DNA of 64,000 nucleotides from positions 147,808,001 through 147,872,000 of the forward strand of contig OX597817.1 in NCBI GenBank assembly GCA_951406725.2. The letters are read 5' to 3'. The notes below the pieces were generated by a model that saw only the letters and a list, made by a program, of their open reading frames with translations, was not told where the DNA came from and ran no database searches. The position numbers and the translations under genes were made by a program. Of this stretch, positions 12,323 through 23,940 are shown piece after piece (within the stretch, counting starts at the first letter, position 1; each line of letters begins with the position of its first letter). The stretch comes from Octopus vulgaris (lineage: Eukaryota).

Positions 12323-12757
12323 AGCAACAACAGTGATAGTAATAGTTGGTTTTGTTGGTTTTGCTGTTATCTTGGTGTGGGTGAGCACAGATTCAGGGCT
12401 GATCAAATTTCTTTAAAGCGGAGTTTAGTATTTGGGACACAGTTTTACAATGTTATGAAATTCTGAGGCCGTTATGCATAAACGCTCATATGAGATTATG
12501 AAATCCAAGACCTATAACGAGTTTGATGGTATAATATGGATATTACCCGTGCCTGGTGAGGATGTAGTGCTTTATATGTGCATGGATTGTGTCTCGTTCA
12601 GTTGAAGTTAAGCTGTGTCCATGTTGACACATCTTTGGAGATTTCTATACATGTAATCAGTACAAAACTGGAGCTTGGGACAGAAGTTGCTTGATACTGT
12701 ATACGGAACGTTAATGGTGTATGAAGATTGTTGTGATTCATGTACGAATATTACGTT

Positions 12758-13220
12758 TGTAGTGACGCCATCTTGGAAATCTCCAGCGCGCTTGCGCAGA
12801 GTTGGATTCTTCCGGGAGGCCTGCCGGAAGTTCCCACATGCGCATGCGCAGAAAATTAGCAGCAGCGAAATTCACTCGTATCATTCTCTCGAACGCCGGC
12901 AGCTGAACAAGACAGTCGTGTTTTTATCAGCTCTCTCAAGCTGCTACCTTGTGGTGTATCTCCGCTATGCTTGAACGGACAGGATTTGGCTCACTCCACT
13001 TGACTACTGCGATAAGCTCCTAGGCTGCCAATTCGCCCAGAAAGAAGAAATAAATATTTATTCTGTTGAAGTTGATCGGAAGTCTTGACTCTTTCCTTCG
13101 ATTAATATTCAATGTAAAGGATGCGAGCTGCACGTTTCCAGTGCGGGGACCTCTCATCCTGTTACAATTGGTGACCCCGACGTGATTCTAACACGCAGCC
13201 TTCTGATATGGCCTGTTACA
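12758..13220 (+). mobile_element. LTR retrotransposon remnant (probably Gypsy-type): one LTR + extended tRNA-Trp PBS + 9-bp LTR end, flanked by a CGTT duplication
   Basis: TGTAGTG(12758)...AATAAA...CCTGTTACA(13166); AT spacer; TGGTGACCCCGACGTGAT (classic tRNA-Trp PBS, 13169-13186); second CCTGTTACA at 13212-13220; CGTT at 12754-12757 and 13221-13224. Confidence 0.85.
13169..13211 (-). pseudogene. 3' half of tRNA-Trp(CCA), including the CCA end (positions 34-76)
   Basis: The reverse complement CCATATCAGAAGGCTGCGTGTTAGAATCACGTCGGGGTCACCA matches the recalled metazoan tRNA-Trp with two mismatches. The encoded CCA end indicates it was copied from mature tRNA. Confidence 0.85.
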
Positions 13221-13676
13221 CGTTGTGAGAAGACACCAAGGCACAGAAAGAAGAGCCAAAGTGATATATGGGGTATATTTGAACCACGAGTTAGTTCCGA
13301 ATTGATAGAATAAGCATTCATAAGACGCATATCAACTGACTATGAGTTGTTATTATTTGATGCAGCTTACTGTCAGGGAACATATTGTGTACTATCATGG
13401 CAGACACAATTAAATATTTTGTTCACGTCGAGGGCAACTGGTATCACTTCCCGTAAATTTTCAAAGGAGAGAAATAGCTGGTGAATAACAAAACAGAAAG
13501 GAAATCCAAAGTACATGTTGCCCCACAGAATCTCTACCGGGTTCTAATAAGAAGGAAACTGCAAAGAGATATCGTTGAAGGAGCAGTGTAAAATGCATTT
13601 TTCATCTTTGAAATACTGGAACGAATAGAAGTAACTGGTATTTGTAGTGGGCAAAGCTTTCAGGCAAATCAATATA

Positions 13677-13885
13677 CAGGGTATCCACAAAGTCTGGGTA
13701 CATGCAGTAAATAAAATCATAGCATAAACAATTAAATACAAGAAATAATAATTTCTTAAAGTATGTGTTAATCCCCATGTGGGTACATGGAGTAAATAAA
13801 ATCATAACATATATAATTAAATATAAGTAGTAATTTCTTAAAGTATGTGTTAATCCCCATGTACCCAGACTTTTCGGACACCCTG
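13677..13885. mobile_element. Tc1/mariner-type MITE with an internal tandem duplication
   Basis: TA|CAGGGTATCCACAAAGTCTGGGTACATG ... CATGTACCCAGACTTTTCGGACACCCTG|TA; the interior is two copies of an ~83-bp unit. Confidence 0.85.
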
Positions 13886-15054
13886 TACAATGGTTTCTTT
13901 GGATTATCATGGTGGAATAACGCTTTGCAGTGGGTGATAGTAAAAATTCTGCGCCAAGTAAGCAGATATCTTGTTATGACAAGCAGAGTTAGGTAATCCA
14001 AATAAACGACATGGAGTTTGGAGGGTGTAGATTTAGTTATATGGAGGGCATCTGGGGAAATATCTTGGAAGAAGACAGAGTAAATTTGTTTGGCTGTCCG
14101 TGTTCGAGGCGATAATGTTTTCAGCAGAAAATATACTGCATGTGAGTTATCACGTAGCCTAACCTTTTTGAAAACATATGTACATGACGTACAACATGAC
14201 GTAATACTGACGAAGAAAAATATATATATATATTTATCTTTTGATTTACACACAGCCTCTGACATCAGAATGTCTTCCATATATTACTTAGTATATTCAT
14301 ATCCAGTCTGACTTTACATTTATCTCATGCCTCATACATACATACATACATACATACATACATACATACATACATACATACATACATACAATTACGTTGA
14401 TATATTTAACGTTGATACTTCTGTAAAGAATCAGCAACGTTTTCTTTTATATGTGTTAGATGGAATATGTATGCATATACCAGTAAATAAATATTCATGC
14501 ATCTGTTTTGCAAGGCAAGGAGGCATTAATAAAATAAGGGCATTAAATGAATTTGTGAGAATGGGCTTGTTGTTTGGATGAATAACGTGTTAGATATCAT
14601 TGCCATTTATATGCCTTATAACGTTCCTCGTAACAAAATTATTAAACAAATATTGAATTTAATCAACTAAAGTGTAATTCGTTGTGCGGGTTAATGTTTC
14701 TAGATAACACAGTGAAAGACATTCAGGATTCAAAAACGAACTGAAAAGAAGGAAACGTCTTAAGTCGATGAAATGCATGTATTGAATATTCATGGGTAAT
14801 TGCTTTCTATATATTCATGCATGTAAGTTCGATCTTAGATGACTAACACTAACAATTGCATTGCGAAAGATATAGAAGTATAAGAGACAAGTTACGTAGC
14901 CTATACTCGTAAAGTGAATCATATAACACTTTAAAAGATTGTATTGTTGGGGACAACATGGAAGCTATTGGCTTTACGTAGTAAGGGAGATAATCATTAC
15001 AGAAATTATTTAAACTCAGTGAAGATTTAGCTCTAAATATATTTAAAAAACAAA

Positions 15055-15305
15055 GTGGAGGCGCGTGGCTTAGTGGTTAGAGTGTCAGCATCATGTTCGT
15101 AGGATTGTGGTTTCGATTCCTGGGCCGGGCGACGCGTTGTGTTCTTAAGCAAAACACTTCATTTCACATTGCTCCAGTCCACTCAGCTGGCAAAAATGAG
15201 TAACGCTGCGATGGACTGGCGTCCCGTCCAGCTGGGGAACACATACGCCATAGAAACCGGGAAACCGGGCCCATAAGTCTGGTTAGGCTTTAAAAGGGCG
15301 CATTT
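15055..15305 (+). mobile_element. SINE family D with tail type 1
   Basis: Head GTGGAGGCGCGTGGCTTAGTGGTTAG...GGTTTCGATTCC; CORE-like body; tail CTGCGATGGACTGGCGTCCCGTCCAG...GAAACCGGGAAACCGG. Confidence 0.85.
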
Positions 15306-15734
15306 ATTTATATTTTTTTTTATATTTAAAAAACACACACAATAATTTTGTAATACTTTGTAAAATATTATGCGGAATTGGGACTTCGAAGAGACAGTAT
15401 CAGCAATAGTTAAAGACATTCATAAATGACATGTTGGCTATCGTTCGCCAGGCTCACTTTGTAACTTGATCAGTTCCAGCATGGCGGTAACACAATACCC
15501 TACATCTATCACATAAACCCATCCGTGAACAGCCCCTCTCAAGTAAAAGAAGTACAGGAAAGTCACAAATGAGGCTGGTAGAACAGCATAAAAAAATAAC
15601 AGGGAAAAGATGGTAGAAATCTTGGACTTGACTGAAGTGGTGACTCAGTTTGTTAAATACAGAAACTAAATTTCATAATACCGAAACGTTGTCGTTATAA
15701 ATGAGGAAGAACCGTTATATAAAGCGGTTCTGAA

Positions 15735-15935
15735 TATAATTGAAATTTATAGAAAAACAAAAGACGAAGATGGGTGTATGAACAACAAGTAAGTGTATTA
15801 GTTTGACGCTCGGGAATGTGAGAAAGTCTTTTACATTTCGAGTCTACGCTCTTCAATAGAAAGGAATAAGAGAAAACAAACAGAGAGAGAATAAAAAAAA
15901 ACTTGTGGATATAGCGATCAAGCATGGCAACTGAA
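15735..15935 (-). mobile_element. PLE pLTR-like repeat carrying a degenerate variant hammerhead
   Basis: Homologous to 29415-29605, 29740-29920 and 61925-62070. Confidence 0.6.
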
Positions 15936-16378
15936 TATAAGCTGCTTAAATTAAAAGCGACAACTTGGCTACATTTAATCATAAATCTTTGCAATCAGCG
16001 CTACGTTGGAACTAAGAATAACAGAAAGAACTACTCCGACTAAACAAACTGCAATAACAACAACCAAAAAGGCAAGAACGAACACTAAGACAATGGCAGC
16101 AATAATAGCAGCAGCCGTAGCAGCAGAAATAACAATAGCAGTAAGGAATAGTAGACATTCCTAAAAAATAGGACCATCATGGGGTTGGGTGGAGGAATTT
16201 TGAACAGAGGTGAACTGGGTTGAGGTGGTACAACTGGAGCAAAAAACAACAGCAGCAGCAATCAAAACATCATTAACAACAACTAGAAGAAACTCAGCGT
16301 CAATTTAACAAACGGTTTCATTTTCTAGAACACAAACACAAAACATGTGTGTGTCTACACACACACACACACACACAA

Positions 16379-16432
<54 letters not shown>

Positions 16433-16489
16433 CATACATTTATACACTCATATATATATATATATGTATATGTGTGTATATATATATTT

Positions 16490-16623
16490 CTTTTATTCTT
16501 TTATTTGATTCAGTCATTTGACTGCAGACATGCTGGAGCACCACCCTTAATCCAACAAATTGACCACAGGACTTATTCTTTGTAAGCTTACTATTAATTC
16601 TACTGGTCTCTTTTGCCGAACCG
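16490..16623 (-). mobile_element. SINE family A, 3' fragment
   Basis: Contains CAGTCATTTGACTGCAGACATGCTGGAGCACCACC...CTCTTTTGCCGAACCGC. Confidence 0.8.
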
Positions 16624-18217
16624 CCTCAGACATCATAGCAGCAATAAATGAGGTCAAATACTATTCTGCTGTAGGTCCTGATAGATTCCCCGCTAGTCTC
16701 CTGAAGGAATATAGACACAAACCTGCAGTCCCTCTGAACATCTTCTGGAGAAATTCTTTAGAATCAGGTTATATACCGAAACAACTCCAATCCCAGTCTA
16801 TCATCTCGGTTTCCAAACAGGGAAACAGGGAAATCTCACTCACCTACCACATCATTAAAGTGTTTGAAAGAGTGGTAAGATCAAGGATAGCTAACTTCCT
16901 GGATACCCACACACTCATAAATGCAAATAAGCATGGCTTTCGCTGGGGCAGGGATTGTTCAACACAGCCCTTACACCACATTGAAGATTTACAGGTTCGA
17001 ACTCTGATGTCATATATCTTGACTTCAGTAAAGCGTTCGACAGGGTTGACCATAATATCTTACTATCAAATTTGACAAATGTTGGAACCTGTGGAAAACT
17101 TCTAAACTAGATTAAGTATTTCCTGGCGAATAGAAAACACAAGGGGTTGTGGTCGCTGGAGTCCACTCAAGCTCAGCAAAAGTCACCTGTGGTGACCCTC
17201 AAGGACCTGTCTTGGGCCTGCTCCTCTTTATAATTACATAAATGACCTTTCCAGCGTCGTAAATCACTGTAAAGTGAAAATATTTACTGATGACACTAAG
17301 CTCTAGAAAATCATGAATTAAGAAGACCGAACTAAACTCCAGTCTGATCTATATGCTCTGAGTCAATGGGCAGACAAAAACAAAATGCAACTGAACGAGG
17401 GAAAATTTGAGCTCATGCATTTTGGAAGAAAGTCTATACTAAAACAGCCATACACTCACGGCTTCTAATATTATCAGAGACCTGGGTGTAACTGTTGATA
17501 ACAATCTCAGTTGGAGTGTCCACATAAACAATAAGGTCGATATAGCTCGTAGGTTTTTAAGAACCAGAGAACAAGGTGTCACCATTCCACTTTTCTCCTC
17601 CTTTGAACGGCCACACCTCGAATACTACTGCCCCTTGTGGTCTCCCCATACAAAACAAAACATTTCAAAGATTGAATCACCCCAGAGGGCACTCACTAAA
17701 CGAATTGAAGGCATGACTGATCTTGATTATTGGGACCGCCTTAAAGCCTTGAAACTCTACTCTCTCCAGTGCCGCCGCAAGCGGTACATCATTTGTACGA
17801 TGTGGAGAATATATACCGCCAGCATTGCCCAAACGACCTGAACATTAATTTCAAGGTTCATCCAAGGCTGGGACCACGGGCCATACATCTCCTGCCCAAT
17901 TGAGGATCACAGCATATAGGTACACTGCGACATAAATTTTTTTCCTCAACAAGCCCTGCCCTGTTTAACATTATCCCTAAAGTGATCAAAGCGGAAAGTC
18001 CAGATCACCTTTATATGGAGTCTGGACAGATTTCATCAAAGAATACCGGAGAAGCTACCCATACCTGGATACAACTCAATCAACAAGAACTCACTACTTG
18101 AATGGACCATAAACAAAACTTGACTTAAACAGGATTTAGATAATCCAATCCGGTGGTGCAATTAAGTTAGACATGGCCTGGACCAGTGTTTGGTCGAAAC
18201 ATATCTAAGCTTATCTA

Positions 18218-18220
<3 letters not shown>
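16624..18220 (+). mobile_element. 5'-truncated CR1-group LINE (RT pseudogene + 3' UTR)
   Basis: SAVGPDRFPASLLK..KVFERVV..KHGFRWGRDC..YLDFSKAFDRVDH..PQGPVLG..FTDDTKL..RDLGV..RPHLEYYCPLWSPH..LYSLQCRR, with stops and frameshifts. The 3' UTR GGTGGTGC..CATGGCC..GAAAC is followed by a short TATCTAAG repeat and (TA)n. Confidence 0.92.
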
Positions 18221-18291
<71 letters not shown>

Positions 18292-18547
18292 TATACACAC
18301 ACACATCTACGTATCGAATTTAAAGAGGGAGAGAGCTGCTGTTGATTACTTTTTGCCTATTACTTGTTCGGTTGTTAATGGTTTATTTGTTTATTTATGG
18401 GATATATATTTGATAATTTATATCCGTTGCTAAATAAAACTGTCAATAATATAATTCCTCAAGTGGAATATTGTTAAGAAGTAACCGTGATTTGTGTCAG
18501 TAAGCAACAATATATTTCTTTCCATCTTTTGTTGTACTTACGTGCAT

Positions 18548-18683
18548 TCATACATAGATACATACATACATACATACATACATACATACATACATACATA
18601 CATACATACATACATACATACATACATACATACATACATACATACATACATACATACATACATACATGCATGCATACATACAT
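18548..18683. repeat. (TACA)n microsatellite
   Basis: Direct reading. Confidence 0.95.
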
Positions 18684-19239
18684 AGAAAAGAATAAAATGA
18701 AATAAAATAAAAATCGAAAATTAACCTTCTTCCGAACTCTATAAACAAAAACGAAAACGTGTATGATATAAGACCACCACATGGTTTCGCAGCTAGTGAC
18801 ATTCCAATAGATTCCATAGTGCCTGCCAGCCGAACAATATTACTGGCTCAAGCAACTGACCACTGCCCACTACTACGACTATGGTAAATAGCGGGGACAA
18901 TCGCAACGATTATTGAAGTAGTAGTGGTAGTCAGGATTATATGCCGGTGAAATGTGCCCTTACCGAGACAAAATAACTTTGGCTTTGAAGGTCTTTCTCG
19001 AAGAGAGAGTATTCTGTACCAAAGTAAGTAAAAAACCAAAGCTGTTAACGAAATTGGTGATGAGTATTTACAACAGTGTGATGAACCCACATACTGGCAG
19101 ATTAACACCTGTCTATATGCTCTGACTACTACTATAAAACGGTACATGTATGATATTCAAAAAGTAAGCAAAAACCGAAATAACAAAGAAAGTACCATCT
19201 TGGGTTTCGAAGACAGAGAAAAAAAGATAACTGGTTTAC

Positions 19240-19540
19240 CGTCTACGTATTGATACGAGATGAATAATGTTAATGAGATCAATATCACTGAACTTCTCAC
19301 GATTTGAGGCAATATTTCTTGTACATTAAACGACTCTAGTTCATCCAGCCTTAATTCACGTCTAATGGTGCAAATCTCATAAATAAATGTGGCCATTTGT
19401 TGGCTAATTCCTTGAAAATTATTCATGCAGTGTAGCGAAATTTCTTCCCTCAAAGCCCCCATATTCCTTGACGTCATTCGGTTCCATAATGCTCGAATGT
19501 TTTCAATTCCATATTTAATACTGAATTTCATTCAGAATTC
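19240..19540 (-). mobile_element. Possible C-terminal fragment of a non-LTR retrotransposon ORF2
   Basis: The non-repetitive ORF segment FIYEICTIRRELRLDELESFNVQEIL resembles the C-termini of Proto2/RTEX-like ORF2 as recalled. Weak. Confidence 0.25.
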
Positions 19541-20509
19541 AATTACTGAAACTGAGTTATCCTTCACAGTAGCTTGTATATATTATGATTATTAGCTTTG
19601 AACTGTGTAATTGCATCAAGATTCATAGAATGAAAAATAGATAAGTTTTTTTTTTCTCTTCTTAAGTGGTGGGGCGGTGAAGTACAAAAGCCCAATTTTC
19701 ACATTTTTGCCTAAGTCATACGTAGAAGGAGGGTGGCCAGAAACCATATCTAAAAGCTACAAAGCTTTCAAAGTAAGATTGTTTGCACACAGTTTTATTT
19801 CCATTTGCTTCTAGACCCCAAAAAGACTTTAATCAATCTAGGGAAAGGGAACTCGTCCTTAACATATTTCTTCTGAATTCTTTGAGTGCCAGGTGATTGA
19901 GCATATTTCTTGATTGTAGCCTCTCAGTGCCTTTGGATTTTATGTACGGTTTATTACCATAAGTTTAGGGCTTAAATCTCTATCAGCATTTCCTTCAATT
20001 AAAATCGAGTTTTATGACTAAGGAACTGCATTTTTTTCTTTAACAGTATTTCCTTCTTTAACATTATTTTCTTCCTTAACAAGTGTTTCCTGAATATACT
20101 CTCATACATTAAAGCCACATGAAAAATCCACATGAAAAATCTGCCTGTCATTATGGCTGTCCTCTACTACAAACCTTTGAATTTCAATTTTAAATATTTC
20201 TGAGGCTCCTTTATCAGTGTTGGGATATTCTCTTTGAATTCTTACTCTTTGTTAAACAAAATGCTTTCTGAAGCGTTCAAAGCATCCTGAACTATCTATA
20301 ATATTTTTCCACTTTTCCTTCATTAAATTCTCTCAAGGTAGAGAATCAATTCAAAGCCTTCCTTTGATGCTGTCATTATTCAATGGAATGCTGTTATGAT
20401 CACAGACATTAAGCCATATAAGTAACAAGAATATCATTATAATCAACTTCCCACACTTAATTCCTGTTGAATCCATTGCTGGTGAAAATATCCCATCCTT
20501 TTTCTTTAT

Positions 20510-20625
20510 AACCTTTACCTTAATCTCTTCGTTCCCAATGCAGTAAAAACCACCGACAACTTTTGTCCATTTTTCTCGACTTTGAGCTATCTCTCTCCCA
20601 TGTAATACTAGTGTTGGTTTGTGCT
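20510..20625 (-). mobile_element. RTE LINE extreme 3' end
   Basis: The minus strand encodes TWER..AQSREKWTKVVGGFYCIGNEE, typical of an RTE C-terminus. Confidence 0.5.
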
Positions 20626-21232
20626 ATTGCTTCTTTAACTTTGCTTTTCACTAGGTAGGTGTTGGCCATATGCAGATCCATTTTAATCCTGGGAAAAGGA
20701 GGTCCATATCCTTCGGCCTGTTTAGCATGGGATGTTCTACAGGATCATACGCTTGTGCTCCACAAGTATACTTCTTAGGTCCACAGATTCACACAAGCTA
20801 CCACACCGTAACAAGAACTGAATACTTTGGTAGTTATAATCTTCAGAATATTTTAACGTAGTGCACGCAGTTGCTTCCTTCAATCTAAATGAGCAGACGA
20901 CATCTAGCAGAAGACATCTAGCTTTCTCGCGTTATTATCGAAACTTAATATTTTCACGTTTCTCCATTAAAGTGGATAGTTTTTTACAATGCAGTCATTT
21001 TTTAGTTTTATTTTTCCACTTAACCATTTTAACGAGGAAAATATTGAAAATAAAAATGAAAAGTATACTATATCACGTGGAGAAGATCATGAAATAATGA
21101 GGGCATCTGCTTCCAGCTGCTGTCGTTTCTATGATAACAGTAAATGCTCTCGATGACATATTTTTTTTTATCTACATAGGATTCTGTCGTGTGAAATTTA
21201 GATCGTTTTATATAGAGTTCAAAATGAATAAA

Positions 21233-21388
21233 CTGTATAAATTGAAAAAAAAAACACGTAATCTAAACGGTGTTAAGTTAGATAGTACACACTCACTGTA
21301 TGTATAGGTGTGTGTTTGTGTATACATATTTGTGTACTATCTAACTTAACACCGTTTAGATTACGTGTTTTTTTTTCAATTTATACAG
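21233..21388. repeat. Near-perfect inverted repeat (~58-bp arms, ~40-bp spacer)
   Basis: 21233-21291 is the reverse complement of 21331-21388 except for A/T run length. Confidence 0.95.
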
Positions 21389-21414
21389 CTTATATACAGG
21401 CGATATATATATAT

Positions 21415-21998
21415 ATCATTAATATTAATTTATCTCCCTCATTATTTAAACATTGAAATAAATACGTTCTCTAGTAGCAAGCACTAACCGCAGTGAATTA
21501 TTTACTGCAGTTCTTCGCTTCAGGAATTCTTTAGCGCGCCGGAACTAAGACATTTGAAATTTTATACCTAATGTAATCGGTAAAACTAAACACGTGTCTG
21601 TTTTGGCACAGAAAGCTGGCGTTAGTTTTTCAAATTGCATTTACACTGAACGATTGTACTGACGAGGCCACGGACATTTGAATTATGTAAGTAATTCTTT
21701 TGTTAAAGGCCGAAACCGAGGTATGCAATTAATTCTGTTTTTATATAAATTTTCATCTGTCCTGCCCGCCAAATTTGGTTCTGATGTTCGCTGAATTTTT
21801 CCTCTAGAGAACTTTCTTTGTAGTTTGATCGTTGATGATCTATTTCTAGCATACGGCCGACTATCTAGCAGTCTTGCCCTGCCAATATACACATATATTA
21901 GAATTTTCTCTGATTTCTCAGATTTTTTTGTATATAAGACTACTGGTTTTAAATTGATATTAAAATTGATATTAATTTATCTCACTCATTATTTAAAT
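21415..21998 (+). mobile_element. Non-coding hammerhead-bearing PLE pLTR/retrozyme-like unit
   Basis: Bounded by a direct repeat (ATATTAATTTATCTC[C/A]CTCATTATTTAAA at ~21422 and ~21969); hammerhead at 21654-21728; 3' part homologous to 23625-23780. Confidence 0.65.
21654..21728 (+). ncRNA. Type I hammerhead ribozyme motif, intact core
   Basis: Stem I TTGTA/TGCAA; CTGACGA(21659-21665); stem II GGCC/GGCC extended by GAATTAT/GTAATTC; GAAA(21712-21715); stem III AC-cgag-GT; GUA triplet (21721-21723). Confidence 0.8.
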
Positions 21999-22014
21999 AT
22001 ATATTATAGATATG

Positions 22015-22100
22015 AGGCACAGGCGTGGCTGTGTGGTAAGAAACTTGCTTTCCAATCACATTGTTCCGGGTTCAAACCCACTGCGTGGCACCTTGGGCCA
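22015..22100 (+). mobile_element. SINE family A, head only
   Basis: GGCACAGGCGTGGCTGTGTGGTAAG...GGTTCAAACCC...CACCTTGGGC. Confidence 0.8.
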
Positions 22101-22239
22101 ACTAACACATTTTTCAATGTAGATTAAAGGAGATTCACTCTGAAGAAATTTCCCCATTTTGTCTTGATTTTTTGTGAATTCTCACTACATATTTATATAC
22201 CCACACACACACACATATATATAAATGTATGTATATGTA

Positions 22240-22270
<31 letters not shown>

Positions 22271-22544
22271 TTTTATATACATACATATTTATATATATAT
22301 ATATATACACATTCATATTTATATGTCTATACATATTCATGTATGTATATACATATATATATATATATTTATATATATATATATATATATATCCTTGGAT
22401 AATGGAACTGCAAATATGACATCTTCATTTATTCTTATTTCTACATTCTACCTTCATTCTCCTATTTCCCTATATACTTCATTTTCCAAAATAACTCCTT
22501 ATATCGAACTCTAATATTTCCTTCTATTTAACAATCTCATAACA

Positions 22545-22592
22545 TCTCAGATGAAAGGATATCCATAATATCCCAGAAACAGCTGTAAGACT
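22545..22592 (+). ncRNA. Degenerate minimal hammerhead motif in a pLTR-like repeat
   Basis: TCT-CAGATGA (U4 changed to A)-AAGGATAT...ATATCCCA-GAAACAGCTGTA-AGA, with a palindromic stem III ACAGCTGT. Confidence 0.5.
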
Positions 22593-22992
22593 AACCTTCA
22601 CTTTATAAATATCCTGAAAATTCCACACAGCCTTGGCTTTATTGTCTCACTTTATTTAACACACACACGCATACACACATATATATAAATACGTATGCAT
22701 ATACATATATAAATGTGTTCACACACACATACACACACGCGCACGCATACACATATAAAATAAAGATCACCTTTTGGTAGTAGTACTGCTTCCGTTGTTA
22801 ATAATTTCTAAAAAGACTGCTGGCTACGAGAGACAGTGATGAGTAAAAATACGATGATATTCTATATATCGTGGCAACAAAATTTGACGGCCATGCGGTG
22901 ACCAGACACCCTTCACTTATGATTTTCAGTAAAATGAAATCCCGTAATATGGGAGCTCCGGCGCCCATTATAGGCGATTCTTGTCTACAACG

Positions 22993-23055
<63 letters not shown>

Positions 23056-23061
23056 TATATA

Positions 23062-23290
23062 CAGTTGCGGCCAAAATGTTCAGAACGGCATTGTTTTCGT
23101 CAGAATAGTAGATATAATTTTTTTAACAAAGTTGTTTTATATTCTATAATTTTCACAGACAATAAATACGATATTATTTGTTATTGCCTGAGATTTTGGT
23201 GTAATTTGAGAGGATAATACAAAAGTTATGGATGAGTTAGTGATTTACTGCAAAACCCATGGCGGCCAAAATGATCAGAACGGTTGCTTT
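23062..23290 (+). mobile_element. Left end of a Tc1-like (IR/DR-type) transposon
   Basis: TA|CAGTTGCGGCCAAAATGTTCAGAACGG, with an internal direct repeat GCGGCCAAAATGATCAGAACGG at 23262-23283. Confidence 0.55.
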
Positions 23291-23480
23291 TACTCCGTGT
23301 TTTTTAGTATATTTAACCGGCGAACTCTAATGTTTTGAATTTGTTTACTTGACGGTTCGTTTACGAAACATTAATAAAGGCATTTGAAAGATATATTCGA
23401 ATGTAATAGGCTGAACTCCATGCACGCGATACTTCGGTATCGTGTTTGCATCTAGTCCAGTAAATTGCATTTATAACGGA

Positions 23481-23544
23481 CCATGCTGATGAAGGTTGCA
23501 GTTATCCTTGCGGAAAATAACAGCCGAAACTGATCAGTACATGG
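23481..23544 (+). ncRNA. Type I hammerhead ribozyme motif, intact core
   Basis: Stem I CCATG/CATGG; CTGATGA(23486-23492); stem II GGTTG..CAGCC; GAAA(23526-23529); palindromic stem III ACTGATCAGT; GUA triplet (23537-23539). Confidence 0.8.
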
Positions 23545-23778
23545 GTAATTATTTTATTTCGTATATTTTCACTTGTTTATTGCTATGGTTTTGTGCTGAG
23601 TTTGATCTGAGAAAATAATCTTTTGTGGAGAATGGCGATTTGACGTCTATATCTAGCATGTTGACTTTCTACTTTTCGTGTCCAGTCCTTAATTGGTATA
23701 TATAAATATTTTAATCTTCGGATTCTTTTTTAATATGCTAGACCACTGGTCTTAATTGATAAATATCAATTTCTACCC

Positions 23779-23832
<54 letters not shown>

Positions 23833-23940
23833 TTAAATAATAAGGGTGAAATATTGAATATTAATTTGTAAAATGTAAATTTAAAAACAGTGGCCTAGCA
23901 CATTTAAAAATCTGAAGATTCAGAAAAATTATATCACATA

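Noticed and set aside
13768-14280. 170-aa minus-strand ORF
   Set aside because: No recognisable domain, and it runs through a MITE; probably a chance ORF.
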